NCBI GenBank assembly: GCA_965213705.1
Contig: OZ243913.1
Span: forward strand, 576,001 to 640,000
Length of the DNA stretch: 64,000 bases
Source of the DNA: Trueperaceae bacterium
GTDB lineage: Bacteria; Deinococcota; Deinococci; Deinococcales; Trueperaceae
Direction of reading: 5' to 3'
A program made the translations under genes and the position numbers. Shown here in pieces: positions 39,123 to 49,553 of this stretch (within the stretch, counting starts at the first letter, position 1; each line of letters opens with the position of its first letter). The notes beneath the pieces were generated by a model. The model was not told the DNA's origin, did not search any database, and saw nothing but the letters and a program-made list of their open reading frames with translations.

Positions 39123-39160
39123 AAAGAGTGGGAGGGTCGCGAGTTGACTCTCCCACTTTA
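39123..39160 (+). terminator. intrinsic terminator
   Basis: AGTGGGAGGGTC...GACTCTCCCACT followed by TTT. Confidence 0.65.
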
Positions 39161-39453
39161 CTTTTGCGGCGTCGGCTGTGGCTATGACTTTGATGAGGGC
39201 TCGAGGCGCACCGAGACAGTTTAGATGAGTCGGGTTGCAGACCAACGTTGCAGACCGACGTTGTACGGAATCCTGGGGGTGAGGTGGTGAAACGCTGCTT
39301 GTCACTTTTGGTTCAAGTCCGACTAATGGAAAACTCTCTACCTTGGTGAGTCCAATTTCAACCCAGTGAATTTTGAAGCAGTTTGGTAGGGAGTGTTTTA
39401 GCTTGCCATTTTGACCAACTATGACCATAATGGTTTAGTGAGGTGTTGCGGAA

Positions 39454-39711
39454 ATGTCAACAACGAATGTAGCCGAGGCTAAAGCTCACCTGTCCATGTT
39501 GATTGAGAAAGCACTGGCCGGGGAGGAAGTGGTGATCAGCAAGCACGGAAAGCCGATGGTAAAGCTCATTCCTTATGAACGCGACACTCGGCCCCGTGAT
39601 ATGAGCGTTCGTATCTGGGAGGGTGAAGTCTTTATGGCAGAAGACTTTGACGAGCTGCCCGCCGAGCTTGTGGAGGCCTTTACAGGCGCGTTAGATGAAC
39701 CTGCTGCTTGA
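39454..39711 (+). CDS. Phd/YefM antitoxin
   Basis: NVAEAKAHLSMLIEKALAGEEVVISKHGKP; upstream TTGCCA-N17-CATAAT. Confidence 0.9.
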   Translation: MSTTNVAEAKAHLSMLIEKALAGEEVVISKHGKPMVKLIPYERDTRPRDMSVRIWEGEVFMAEDFDELPAELVEAFTGALDEPAA

Positions 39712-40072
39712 TACTCACACCCTAATCTGGGTGTTCGACAACAACCCTACTCTGTCTAAAGCCGCTAGCGAAGCGATAGCCGATGGTCAGAATGAGGTGT
39801 TTGTCAGCGCGGTCACTGTGTGGGAAATCGCTATCAAACGCGGCCTGAAGAAGTTGGAACTGAAGGGTGACTACCAGCGCGGTCTCGAAATCTACCGCTT
39901 TACGCCCCTCCCAATCAGCACAGAACACGCTCTTGCCGTGGAGCACTTGCCCCAGCACCATACTGACCCCTTTGACCGCTTGCTGGTAGCTCAGGCTCAG
40001 CTCGAGACGCTGACCCTTGTTACGAGGGATGAGCGCTTCAAAGATTACGGCGTCACAACGATAGGGGCATAG
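39695..40072 (+). CDS. vapC: PIN-domain VapC toxin
   Basis: LLLDTHTLIW, SAVTVWEIAIK, HTDPFDRLLVAQA. Confidence 0.92.
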   Translation: MNLLLDTHTLIWVFDNNPTLSKAASEAIADGQNEVFVSAVTVWEIAIKRGLKKLELKGDYQRGLEIYRFTPLPISTEHALAVEHLPQHHTDPFDRLLVAQAQLETLTLVTRDERFKDYGVTTIGA

Positions 40073-40082
40073 GGGGGAGTTG

Positions 40083-40315
40083 ATGAAAACCAGTGACAAA
40101 GATTTTACCCTCAGCAGCGGTAATATATTTGCTGACCTTGGGTTTCCCAACGCTAAAGAGTTGAAAACTAAAACCAACCTCATCCTGCTTATCATGCGGA
40201 CTATTAAGCAGCGGGGCTGGACTCAGCAGCAGGCCGCCGATGCACTCGGTATCAAGCAACCGGACGTGTCAGCGCTGAGCTGAGGGAAAAACTCGAGCAC
40301 TATTCGGTCGATGCG
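40083..40315 (+). pseudogene. XRE/HigA-like HTH antitoxin remnant
   Basis: SSGNIFADLGFPNA...TQQQAADALGIKQPDVSALS, then a premature TGA; KLEHYSVD continues out of frame. Confidence 0.75.
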
Positions 40316-40390
40316 TTTCGAGCCACCCGTTCAGTTGGTCCACAGCAAAAGACAACGTCCTGCATCCGGGTTCTGCGTTTCTACCCTCAC

Positions 40391-41023
40391 CTAAGGTGCC
40401 AACCGCTCCACCCGCCACCCCTCACCCTCTCTGACGTAGCGCAACCGGTCGTGCAGCCGGTTGGGTCGGCCTTGCCAAAACTCTATTCGGTCAGGCTCGA
40501 GCGCGTACCCGCCCCAATCCTCAGGCAGCGGGACTTCTTCGGGATATTTTTCCTCCAAGGCCTCGAGCTTTTCCTGCAACACCTCACGACTCTCGACAAC
40601 TTCGCTCTGCGGCGAGGCGAGCGCGCCTAAGCGGCTGCCGTAGGGGCGGCTGTCGAAGTAGGCCTTCGACGCCTCGCGCGACACCTTGCTCACCCGGCCT
40701 TCGACGCGCACTTGGCGCTCGAGCGCGTCCCAGTAAAAGGACAGCGCGGCTTGCGGGTTTTCAGCCAACTCGCGGCCCTTGCGGCTGGCGTAGTTGCTGT
40801 AAAAGATAAAGCCGCGTTCGTCTAAGCCTTTGAGTAATACCAGGCGGCTCGAGGGCTGCCCCGCAGCGCTGGCGGTGGCGAGCGTCATGGCGGTGGGCTC
40901 GCGCAGACTGCTGGCGAGCGCCTCGTCCAGCCAAGTTCGAAACTGCTCGATGGGGTCAGGTTTGACCTTGGCCTCGTCAAGCGCGCCCGCCTCGTAACTT
41001 TTGCGAATATCGGAAAGAGCCAT
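40391..41023 (-). CDS. pdxH: pyridoxamine 5'-phosphate oxidase
   Basis: RLVLLK, SRKG, RQVRVEG, EFWQGRPNRLHDR, RLAP. Confidence 0.95.
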   Translation of the reverse strand: MALSDIRKSYEAGALDEAKVKPDPIEQFRTWLDEALASSLREPTAMTLATASAAGQPSSRLVLLKGLDERGFIFYSNYASRKGRELAENPQAALSFYWDALERQVRVEGRVSKVSREASKAYFDSRPYGSRLGALASPQSEVVESREVLQEKLEALEEKYPEEVPLPEDWGGYALEPDRIEFWQGRPNRLHDRLRYVREGEGWRVERLAP

Positions 41024-41337
41024 GCCCCACACTTTAAGGGCTTTGCCATGGCGCTTCAGAGGTCGACGCCACGCTTTGGCAGGTCAGTTTTTTGTGAGAA
41101 GGCCGTAAGGAATTTGTGTGAGACCGTCCCTATACTTGAGGGGTGCGCTGAAACTACCCTCGCAACGTCCCCTTCACCGTCTTACGCTTTCTCTCAGCGC
41201 ACTTTATTTGTCAACGTTTATACGCCAACGCGGTGAGCTTGTAAACTCGCGTCGTTTGTTGCTCGAGCACGTTTATTTGAGAGTGCAATACAGTCAGCCG
41301 CGCCCCCGTCTCCTAGAGTGAATCAGGAGGCACCAAC

Positions 41338-41631
41338 ATGGACAACGACAGCACTGCACGCTACGGGCACCGCCCCGAGCACATCAGCGACGACGACCAG
41401 CGCGAGCGCGACGGGGTTTACCCAACCGAGTACGACCTTGAAGGTGAAGAAGCGATGGCCCAACGCGACGAACTGGAACGGCAAGTCGCAACCCTCATCC
41501 AAGACGCCGAGGACTGGCTGCAAAATTCCAACGAGCCCGACGCGCAGGAGATTTACAACCTTATGATGGAGTTGCACGAACGGCTCGGCAACCCGCCCGA
41601 AGAGGGCCAAGCCATCGTCACCGGCCCATGA
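41338..41631 (+). CDS. acidic hypothetical protein
   Basis: RBS AGGAGG; fills the gap directly before yyaL. Confidence 0.6.
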   Translation: MDNDSTARYGHRPEHISDDDQRERDGVYPTEYDLEGEEAMAQRDELERQVATLIQDAEDWLQNSNEPDAQEIYNLMMELHERLGNPPEEGQAIVTGP

Positions 41632-41641
41632 TTACCGGCCC

Positions 41642-43693
41642 GTGAACAGGCTCGCCCACGAGACGAGCCCCTACCTGCTACAGCACGCTGAGAACCCGGT
41701 GGACTGGTTTCCCTGGGGCGAGGCGGCTTTTCAAAAAGCCGAAGACGAGGACAAACCCGTCCTGCTCTCGGTCGGCTACTCGGCTTGTCACTGGTGCCAC
41801 GTGATGGCCCACGAGTCGTTCGAGGACGTGGGTACGGCCGAGTACATGAACGCGCACTTCGTCAACGTCAAGGTTGACCGCGAAGAGCGTCCGGACGTCG
41901 ACGCGGTCTACATGAACGCGGTGCAGGCCATGACCGGGCACGGCGGCTGGCCGATGACGGTGGTCATGACGCCGGACGGGCAGCCCTTTTTCGGCGGCAC
42001 TTACTTTCCCCTGAACGAGCGCTACGGGCAACCGTCGTTCATGCGGGTACTTGCAAGCCTCGCCGACGCTTGGCAAAACCGCCGCGCGGAAGTGTTGGAA
42101 AGCGCGCAGAGTGCCACGCAGTACCTGCGCGCCCTCGGCAACGTGTCGCCCACAGGCGAACTCGGCGCGGACGTTTTGCAAGAAGCCCTCACCACCTTGA
42201 TGGCCGCCTACGACCCACAAAACGGCGGTTTCGGCGGTGCCCCGAAGTTCCCGCCGCACAGCGTTTTGCGCTTTTTGTTGCAACGGGACGACGCGGAAAC
42301 CCTGTCCCGGCAGATGGCCGAAACGACGCTTGTCAAAATGGCGGGTGGTGGCCTGTACGACCACCTGGGCGGCGGTTTCGCCCGCTACAGCGTGGACGCG
42401 ACGTGGCTGGTGCCGCACTTTGAAAAAATGCTCTACGACAACGCCCAGCTCGTGCAGCGCTACGCCGAAGCCTACGCGCTGACGGGCAAAGCGCTTTTCA
42501 AGACCGTCGTTGAAGACACCCTCGCCTGGGTCGAGCGCGAGATGACGAGTCCGGAAAGCGGGTTTTACAGCGCCCTGGACGCCGACTCCGAAGGTGAAGA
42601 GGGCAAGTTTTACGTGTGGGACGAAGCCGAAGTCGACGCGCTGCTCGGTGAAACTTTGAGCGCCGAAGAGGTCGAAACAGTCAAAACTTACTTCGACGTG
42701 TCGACTACGGGCAATTTCGAGGGCAAAACGATTCTTAACCTGCCGCGCCCGCCTGCGGAGGTCGCGGCGGCCTTCGGTTTGAGCGCGGACGACCTCGAGG
42801 CCACAGTCGCCGCAGCTAAAAAGACCTTGTTCGAGGCTCGTTCGGCACGCGTCCACCCCGGCTTGGACGACAAGATTCTCACCTCCTGGAACGGACTCAT
42901 GCTCGCCGCCTACGCCGACGCAGGGAGAATGTTGGGTCGGCCGGACTACGTGGAGACGGCCGTCAAAAACGCCGAATTTGTCCGCGCCAACCTCTACGAG
43001 GACGGGCGCTTTTTGCACAGCTACAAAGACGGCGCGGCGAAGATTGGCGGGTTGCTCGAGGACTACGCCTACTACGGCCTGGGCTTGCTCGCCCTTTACC
43101 GCGCGACGCTCGACGCGCAGTGGCTGCGGTGGGCTGTGGAGATTGCCGAAACGGTTCTCGCTCACTTTCAAGACGATAAAAACGGCGGCTTTTTCAGCAC
43201 GCCCGACGACGGCGAAGTGCTCATCACCCGACCCAAAAACTACTTCGACTCGCCTAACCCGAGCGAGAACGCGGTGACGGCGGAGTTGCTGCTCGTGACA
43301 GCCCGCCTGACCGGCCGTGACGAATGGGAAACTTTAGCCGCCGACACGCTGAAACCTATGGCCGAGGCCATGCGCAAACACCCCAGCGGTTTCGGAACGA
43401 TGTTGTACGTGCTCGAGGGTTTGCTGACGCCGCCCCGCGAAATCGCGCTTTTCGGCCGTCTCGAAGAATCGGAGACCCAAGCTCTCGTCGACGAGGTGCA
43501 GCGTCACTTTTTGCCCCACACGGTTGTGGCACTCGCCGCGGACAAACATGACCCGCTCGTCGCCCTCGTCCCCTTTTTGCAAAACCGGGGCCGCGTGAAC
43601 GCTCGAGCCACCGCCTACGTTTGCGAAGGCGGCGCTTGCAAGCTGCCCGTGACGGAGGTCGGGGCCTTGCGGGAGCAGTTGAGGTCGCTGTAG
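41642..43693 (+). CDS. thioredoxin-domain/glycoside hydrolase-like protein (YyaL/SPATA20 family)
   Basis: [39 protein letters not shown]. Confidence 0.92.
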   Translation: MNRLAHETSPYLLQHAENPVDWFPWGEAAFQKAEDEDKPVLLSVGYSACHWCHVMAHESFEDVGTAEYMNAHFVNVKVDREERPDVDAVYMNAVQAMTGHGGWPMTVVMTPDGQPFFGGTYFPLNERYGQPSFMRVLASLADAWQNRRAEVLESAQSATQYLRALGNVSPTGELGADVLQEALTTLMAAYDPQNGGFGGAPKFPPHSVLRFLLQRDDAETLSRQMAETTLVKMAGGGLYDHLGGGFARYSVDATWLVPHFEKMLYDNAQLVQRYAEAYALTGKALFKTVVEDTLAWVEREMTSPESGFYSALDADSEGEEGKFYVWDEAEVDALLGETLSAEEVETVKTYFDVSTTGNFEGKTILNLPRPPAEVAAAFGLSADDLEATVAAAKKTLFEARSARVHPGLDDKILTSWNGLMLAAYADAGRMLGRPDYVETAVKNAEFVRANLYEDGRFLHSYKDGAAKIGGLLEDYAYYGLGLLALYRATLDAQWLRWAVEIAETVLAHFQDDKNGGFFSTPDDGEVLITRPKNYFDSPNPSENAVTAELLLVTARLTGRDEWETLAADTLKPMAEAMRKHPSGFGTMLYVLEGLLTPPREIALFGRLEESETQALVDEVQRHFLPHTVVALAADKHDPLVALVPFLQNRGRVNARATAYVCEGGACKLPVTEVGALREQLRSL

Positions 43694-43732
43694 CTCGAGT
43701 GGGGAAGAGCGAAGTTGAAATCTTTCAATTTA

Positions 43733-43753
43733 CACTCGGTCCTCGGTACTTTT
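43733..43753 (-). repeat. heptamer element copy
   Basis: Reverse complement AAAAGTACCGAGGACCGAGTG is identical to 48023-48043. Confidence 0.85.
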
Positions 43754-43810
43754 CACCCCCATGTCCGCCCCACCGCAAAAACTCCTGGCCCCCTGCGCTA
43801 TCCTCTCTTT

Positions 43811-44365
43811 GTGGCAAACTTAGAAACCGCAACGCTCGGCGCGGGCTGTTTTTGGTGCGTCGAAGCCGTTTTTCAAGACCTGAAGGGCGTTCACAGCGTC
43901 GTGTCCGGTTACACGGGCGGCGCGATGTTCAACCCGACTTACGAGCAAGTCTGCAGAGGCACAACCGGCCACGCCGAAGTCGCGCAAGTCCGTTTTGAGC
44001 CCGAAGTGGTTTCGTTCGAAGACCTGCTTTACGTGTTCTGGCGCACCCACGACCCGACCACGCTCAACCGGCAAGGCAACGACGTCGGCACGCAGTACCG
44101 CAGCGCGATTTTTTACCACGACGACGAGCAGCGCCGCCTGGCCGAACGCTCCAAAGCCGACACCGAAGCCTCGGGCTTGTGGCCCAACCCAATCGTCACT
44201 GAAATCGCGCCGCTGGAAGATTTTTACCAAGCTGAGGGCTACCACCAGGACTTTTACCGGCTGAACCCGAACCAGCCCTACTGCCGCTTCGTCGTCGCTC
44301 CAAAGGTGAAAAAGTTCCGCAGGGCGTTTGGGGACCAGTTGAAGGAGACGGCGCGCAAACCCTAA
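43811..44365 (+). CDS. msrA: peptide methionine sulfoxide reductase A
   Basis: GCFWC, GTTGHAE, QGNDVGTQYRS, AEGYHQ; TATCCT-N6-GTG. Confidence 0.95.
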   Translation: MANLETATLGAGCFWCVEAVFQDLKGVHSVVSGYTGGAMFNPTYEQVCRGTTGHAEVAQVRFEPEVVSFEDLLYVFWRTHDPTTLNRQGNDVGTQYRSAIFYHDDEQRRLAERSKADTEASGLWPNPIVTEIAPLEDFYQAEGYHQDFYRLNPNQPYCRFVVAPKVKKFRRAFGDQLKETARKP

Positions 44366-44383
44366 CGCGTCGCCGGTTTTAAG

Positions 44384-44845
44384 TTACTGCCCCGGCACCG
44401 TCACGCTCAGTTCGGTGCTCGTTTGTTCACCGCTGGGCAAAGTAGCGACGGCGGTCAGCAGCCAGTCGCCCGCCATGGTGAACTCGAAAGCTTCGGCGCG
44501 GTAGAGGCCGGGCTCGGTCTCTGTAGCTTGGGCGGTGACCGGGGCCATGCCCGCGTGGGTCATGTCGCCCGTGACCTCGACCGTCGCCCCGTCGATGCCC
44601 TCGCCGTTTTCCAAAATGTAGACCACCACCGGCACCGCACCGACCGCGAGGTCGCCGTCGGTTTCTAAACGCATCAGCAAGCCGGAAGCGGGCGTCGGTG
44701 CGGTCGGTGTCGAGCCGGTCGGCGTGGGCGTCGGTGCAACTGGGGCCGCTACGGGTATGGGCGTAGGTTCCGGTGCCGCTTGGGGTTGGGGTCGGCAGGC
44801 GGAGAGGAGTAAGCTGAGGAGAAGCGCGTAAAGGATGCGAGTCAT
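44384..44845 (-). CDS. FixH/YtkA-like lipoprotein
   Basis: Lipobox LLSAC; PT-rich linker; DMTHAGM, MAGDW. Confidence 0.78.
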   Translation of the reverse strand: MTRILYALLLSLLLSACRPQPQAAPEPTPIPVAAPVAPTPTPTGSTPTAPTPASGLLMRLETDGDLAVGAVPVVVYILENGEGIDGATVEVTGDMTHAGMAPVTAQATETEPGLYRAEAFEFTMAGDWLLTAVATLPSGEQTSTELSVTVPGQ

Positions 44846-44886
44846 AGCCGCCAAGCTAGCACGCGGGGCCGGGTACGGATGTCCCT

Positions 44887-45444
44887 CTACAAAACGCTTT
44901 CGTGCAGAAGTTCGTGAACCGCGCCGGACGGTTTGAGCGTGCTCGAGTACAGCCCCACACTTTCCACGCGCCACGCGACCGGCGGATACTCCGGCGCGGT
45001 TGCAAGCGCCGCCGTCACCTCGGCCTGACGCCCGAAGCGTTTGACGCGGCCCAGGGTCAGGTGCGGCTTGAAGACGCGTTCGTCCTTGTACAAGCCCTCG
45101 AGCTGCCTCACGATTCCGCCGTGCAGCGTGCGCAACGCCTCGGTCTCGCCCCCGACCCCGGTCCAGAGCACGCTCGGGCGGTCACGGCTCGGGAACGCGC
45201 CCAGGGCGGCGGTGTGCAGCTCTACGGGTTCGGCCCGGCGGCAGGCGAAGTCTAACCCTTGCCGCACGACGCCCAGGTTCAGCGTCGGCACCTCGCCCAA
45301 AAACACGAGCGTGAGGTGTGTCGTCGCGGGGTCGGTCCAGCGCACCAGGTCGGCGGGAAGCTTTGCCCTGAGGTCGTCTTGCTGCCGTGCCAGCAGCGTT
45401 TTGACCCCGTCCGGCACGCTCGTAGCGATGAACAACCGGCTCAT
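44887..45444 (-). CDS. thpR: RNA 2',3'-cyclic phosphodiesterase
   Basis: RLFIA and two HxT motifs (HLTLVFLG, PHLTLGR). Confidence 0.9.
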   Translation of the reverse strand: MSRLFIATSVPDGVKTLLARQQDDLRAKLPADLVRWTDPATTHLTLVFLGEVPTLNLGVVRQGLDFACRRAEPVELHTAALGAFPSRDRPSVLWTGVGGETEALRTLHGGIVRQLEGLYKDERVFKPHLTLGRVKRFGRQAEVTAALATAPEYPPVAWRVESVGLYSSTLKPSGAVHELLHESVL

Positions 45445-46202
45445 CTTTGGGCACTGACCGTCAGGCGTCCCTCGGCTTGCAGGTAACTCATAATGCCGCG
45501 TTTCAGCGCGAAGGCGGGGTTGACGGGGTTTTGCATAAACTTTAAATCGTCCGGGTTGCTGATGTACCCCAACTCCACGATGACCGCGGGCGTGTCGGGC
45601 GCGACCGCGTGGCGAAAGCGTTTGCTGTTGAAGGCGTAGTACTCGAGCATACTGCCTGAAACGTTCGCGTCGTCGTCGGGCAGGCCGGCGTAGTAAAAGT
45701 AAGCCTCGTCGAGGTGGGCTTTTAAGACGGGCTCAAGGTCGTTGCGCGGCTCGTAAAAGTAAGCGCTCTTGTAGCCGCGCCGCGCTTCGTCGGGACTCGC
45801 GTCGGCGTGAATCGACACCACCAGGTCGGCGCGGTAGCCCTCGGGCACGGTGGCCGGCAACAAGTCGACCTCAACACCGTCGAGTTCCAAACTTTCTTTG
45901 AGCTGCCGAGCGACGGCCAAGTTGATGTCGACCTCGTTGACGTCGCCCCAGCGGCCCCCGGTGTTGACGCGCAACTTGGCGAGTTCTTCGGGGTGGAGGC
46001 CGGCGTCCAAGTGCCCGACCTGTAGCCCGACGCGGACCGGACCGGGCGCGGGCCGCAACACGGCGGCCAAGGTTTCGCCGAGCCCGCCCGCCGCCCGCTG
46101 CCAACTGAGCCCGACGAACAGGATGGTAGCGACCACGAGGCCGACCAGCAGCAAGCGTCGCCGCCGTTTGGCGCTCTCAGACGTGTCGAACGACCGTTTC
46201 AC
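45441..46202 (-). CDS. N-acetylmuramoyl-L-alanine amidase (Amidase_3)
   Basis: LQVGH, EVDIN, SIHAD, VELGYISN; N-terminal TM; TAGGCT-N7-GTG. Confidence 0.82.
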   Translation of the reverse strand: MKRSFDTSESAKRRRRLLLVGLVVATILFVGLSWQRAAGGLGETLAAVLRPAPGPVRVGLQVGHLDAGLHPEELAKLRVNTGGRWGDVNEVDINLAVARQLKESLELDGVEVDLLPATVPEGYRADLVVSIHADASPDEARRGYKSAYFYEPRNDLEPVLKAHLDEAYFYYAGLPDDDANVSGSMLEYYAFNSKRFRHAVAPDTPAVIVELGYISNPDDLKFMQNPVNPAFALKRGIMSYLQAEGRLTVSAQR

Positions 46203-46351
46203 ACCAGCCAGCCTACACGAAACTTTTAGGCGGGGTGCAAAAAGGCGCAACCTCGCCAAGCGTCTTCGGCCTGGTGAGAAAGCTGTAACGGCGGGCTCGA
46301 GCAACCGAGGCACGCCGGCTCGAGGGCTGCTCGAAATCTTCGGTCGAAAAT

Positions 46352-46507
46352 CTTACGTCAGGAGTGCGGCCGGGTCGTGACCCAACCGGGCGACCGACGG
46401 GCTGGCGTAGGTGACGACGCCGCCCTGAACCACGAACACAAAACCCGGCAGGTGCTCGAGGGCGCGCTGCGTTGGAGCGAGGGGTTGGGCGGGGCCGAAT
46501 CGTTCAT
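46352..46507 (-). pseudogene. possible PAS-domain remnant
   Basis: Reads RALEHLPGFVFVVQGGVVTYASPSVARLGHDPAALL*, out of frame with the ATG at 46507. Confidence 0.45.
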
Positions 46508-46686
46508 AAGGGGGTCTTTTTACCGAGCCTCAGCCTAGCACGGCAGGGTTTTGGGACTAAATGAAAATTTTCCGGTGCGCCGTCACGGCCCAGGCTTCAC
46601 ACAAGGCGAGTGTGCCGACACAGGTTTAAAGCGAGTACGAGCGAATTTGGCAGAGGTTTGGGGACTCGAGCGAACCGGCGAGGTAA

Positions 46687-47355
46687 CTACAAGTATTGCG
46701 GCAGCACCTCGGTCCACAACCCGAACACGCCGATGCCGAGCAGCAGCGCGCCCGAGACGCGGGTGAGGAGTTTGTAGTTTTGGGTCAGCCAGCCCGTCGC
46801 GCGGCGCTGCAAGGGCAGCGCGAACAGCGGCAACAGCACGAGCGGCCAACCGAAACCGAGGCCGAAAAAAAGAAAGTAGGCCAAGCCGTCCAGTAGGGAC
46901 GTGAGGCTGGTCGAGCCCAGCAGCACCCCGCTTAAGAAAAACGGCCCCGTGCAGGGCAGCGTCATCGGGCCGAGCGCCAGGCCGTACAGGTAGGCCGTCA
47001 GGTACGGGTTTTTCAACACCGGCGTTTGAAACCCCGCCAAGCGGTTGAACGGGTTGAAGCCCAGCAGCATGGCAAAGCCCAAGCCCACGACCGTGAGATA
47101 AATCAGCGGCACCAACCAGGGCAAGATGGAGCCGAACGAACTCTTCAAAACGAACAGCAGCGTCCCGACCGCGACCATCAAGGTCAGGACGCCCCCCAAA
47201 ACCAGCACGCCGAGCGAACCCGTCGCGCGCTGCGAGCGTTCGCTGCCGGCGCTGCCCGCCAAAAACGCGATGAGACCGGGGTATAGCGGCAGCAAACAGA
47301 CGTTCGTCAGAATCGAGCTGTTGCCCAACAAGAAGGCCTCGAGCAGTTGCCCCAC
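46687..47355 (-). CDS. CcdA/DsbD-family membrane protein
   Basis: CLLPLYP and LPCTGP cysteine motifs; multiple TM helices. Confidence 0.82.
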   Translation of the reverse strand: MGQLLEAFLLGNSSILTNVCLLPLYPGLIAFLAGSAGSERSQRATGSLGVLVLGGVLTLMVAVGTLLFVLKSSFGSILPWLVPLIYLTVVGLGFAMLLGFNPFNRLAGFQTPVLKNPYLTAYLYGLALGPMTLPCTGPFFLSGVLLGSTSLTSLLDGLAYFLFFGLGFGWPLVLLPLFALPLQRRATGWLTQNYKLLTRVSGALLLGIGVFGLWTEVLPQYL

Positions 47356-47358
47356 GTC

Positions 47359-47874
47359 TTAGTCGGTCGGCGCGAGTTGGGCCAGGAGTTCTTCGGGCGT
47401 CTCGAAACCCGTGACCAGGTCGGTCGTCGTGCCGTCGGGCCGGATGATGAAGTGCGGGGTCGAGGGCGGGCTGGTGATGGGGCGGCCGAACTCGGCCACG
47501 AGCGCCTGAATAAGTTCCGGCGTCGCTACGGTAAAGGTGAAGTCGAAACCTTCTTTTTGAGCGTACTGCGCCAACGTTTCAACGGGCAGGTTCCCTTCCA
47601 CGCTCAAGGCCACGAAGACAACTCCGTCGTCGTCCTGAGCGTCCAGCTGGGCCTTGGCCTGGGCGACGTTGTTCAACTGCTTGCGGCAGTTGCTGCACCA
47701 CGTCGCCATCGGCTCGACGTAGACGGTTTTGCCCTCAAAACCGCCCAGCGTAAACGTTTCGCCGGTCGCTACGTCGGTGAGTTCCAAGCTTTGCCAAGCC
47801 GGGCGCTCACCCTGAGCAAGTGCGAGGCCGAGGGTCAAAAGGAGAACGAAGCCGAAAAGTTTCAGGTGGGTCAT
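47359..47874 (-). CDS. exported TlpA/redoxin thioredoxin-like protein
   Basis: Signal peptide; ATWCSNC. Confidence 0.82.
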   Translation of the reverse strand: MTHLKLFGFVLLLTLGLALAQGERPAWQSLELTDVATGETFTLGGFEGKTVYVEPMATWCSNCRKQLNNVAQAKAQLDAQDDDGVVFVALSVEGNLPVETLAQYAQKEGFDFTFTVATPELIQALVAEFGRPITSPPSTPHFIIRPDGTTTDLVTGFETPEELLAQLAPTD

Positions 47875-48022
47875 GGTTGGGTTCCTTTCTGAACTGAGGT
47901 ATTCAGGTCTCGAGTATGGCGCCAAACCTTCACAGGCGTGTCACGCGGAGGTCGCACCTTTGCGGTGTAAATGACAGTGTAAGTGAGGCTCGAGCGCGCT
48001 CGCATCAACTGTTTTACACGCA

Positions 48023-48059
48023 AAAAGTACCGAGGACCGAGTGAAAAGTCAAAAGTAAA
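48023..48059 (+). repeat. heptamer element copy
   Basis: AGTACCG AGGACCG AGTGAAA AGTCAAA AGTAAAG. Confidence 0.85.
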
Positions 48060-48201
48060 GGCTTCTTCCCTCTGTTGTGAAGGCTCAACCTGCGGCTCGA
48101 GCCGCCCCCGAGTAAGCCGCCCTGCGCCGTGCAAGCTCGTCTTGTCGTAAGGTTGCGCTTGTGCAACGAGGCTCAGCATAACCCCGCCCCCCACCCCGCC
48201 C

Positions 48202-49443
48202 GTGCAGCGTAGCCGCGTGGTCGAACGCTCGCCCGTCTACTACGGCTGGATTATCCTGTTCGCCGGAACCCTTGGCCTGGCGCTGACGACGCCGGGCCAA
48301 ACGGTCGGCGTGTCGGTGTTTTTGGACAAAATCATCGCCGACCTCGGATTATCGCGCGGCCAAGTGTCCCTGATGTACACGCTCGGCACGCTCGCCGCCT
48401 CGTTCGCGCTGCCCTTCGTGGGGCGCTTTATCGACCGGCGCGGGCCGCGGCTGGCGGTGGCAATCATCGCGGCGCTGTTCGCGCTCGCTTGTGTGTGGAT
48501 GGGTTTTGTAAGCAACCTGGTGACGTTGTTCTTCGGGTTTTTGCTCATCCGGGGCTTGGGCCAGGGCTCGCTCAGTCTGGTGAGTTTGTACGTCGTCAAC
48601 GTTTGGTTCGTGCGGCGGCGCGGGCTGGCGGTCGGGATGACCGGCCTCGGCTTCGCGGTGGCGACGGCGTTTTTTCCGCTGCTTATCGAGGCGCTCATCG
48701 CGCAGTTCGGCTGGCGCACGGCCTACATGTTGCTCGGCGGGATGGTCGCCGTGACGATTTTGCCGCTCGGCGCGCTGCTGTTCCGCGGCCACCCGGAGCG
48801 CTTCGGTTTGCGGCCCGACAGCGGCCGGGTCACGGTGGCAGACACCCTCACCGAAACCAACCTGTCCCTCGCCGAGGCGCGGCGCACGGCGACGTTTTGG
48901 TTGTTCGTGGCGGGGGGCGTGTGCGTGGCGGCGCTCTCGACCGGGCTCGTTTTTCACCACTACTCGATTATGGCGGAGGGCGGTTTGGACCGCCTAGCCG
49001 CGGCGACGGTGTTTTTGGCCTTGGGATTCATCGTCGCGGGCGCGAACCTGACGACCGGGGTGCTCGTCGACCGGGTGCCGCCGCGTTTTTTACTGAGCGT
49101 GGCGATGGGCGGCATGACGGCGGCGCTCCTCATGGCGACGCACGTTTCGGGGCGGCCCACCCTGTTGCTGTACGGCGCGCTGCTCGGGCTCACCCAGGGC
49201 ATGAACGGGGCGCTGAGCGCGAGCGTGTTCGCTTACTACTTCGGACGCAAGCACATCGGCAGCATCAAGGGTTTTGTGACGACCATGACGGTTGCGGGCA
49301 CGGCCTTTGGGCCGTTTTTGTTCGCGCTCGGTTTCGAGCGGGCGGGCGGTTACGCGCCCGTGCTGCTCCTGTCGGCGGCGGTGCCGGTGGTTATCGGCGT
49401 CGGGGCGCTGTTTTTGCGGCCGAGAATGGCGGGCTCGAGCTAG
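48202..49443 (+). CDS. MFS transporter
   Basis: YYGW, GRFIDRRGPR, WFVRRRGLA, YFGRKHIGSI; about 12 TM helices. Confidence 0.9.
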   Translation: MQRSRVVERSPVYYGWIILFAGTLGLALTTPGQTVGVSVFLDKIIADLGLSRGQVSLMYTLGTLAASFALPFVGRFIDRRGPRLAVAIIAALFALACVWMGFVSNLVTLFFGFLLIRGLGQGSLSLVSLYVVNVWFVRRRGLAVGMTGLGFAVATAFFPLLIEALIAQFGWRTAYMLLGGMVAVTILPLGALLFRGHPERFGLRPDSGRVTVADTLTETNLSLAEARRTATFWLFVAGGVCVAALSTGLVFHHYSIMAEGGLDRLAAATVFLALGFIVAGANLTTGVLVDRVPPRFLLSVAMGGMTAALLMATHVSGRPTLLLYGALLGLTQGMNGALSASVFAYYFGRKHIGSIKGFVTTMTVAGTAFGPFLFALGFERAGGYAPVLLLSAAVPVVIGVGALFLRPRMAGSS

Positions 49444-49553
49444 GCGTTTTCTTTTGTCTCGAGGCTTCCGCTCCACTTTTCAGTTTGGTGTGACACGTGC
49501 TCGCTCTCGCTCGGTCGGGTCAGACTTGACAACGCTCAGAATTTGCAAGATGC

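Noticed and set aside
39051..39428. 125-aa minus-strand ORF
   Set aside because: It crosses a terminator and the TA promoter, and has no motif or credible start signal.
41678..43171. 497-aa minus-strand ORF, plus many similar shadow ORFs across the window
   Set aside because: They lie opposite or out of frame with confident genes, have no motifs, and are expected in high-GC DNA.
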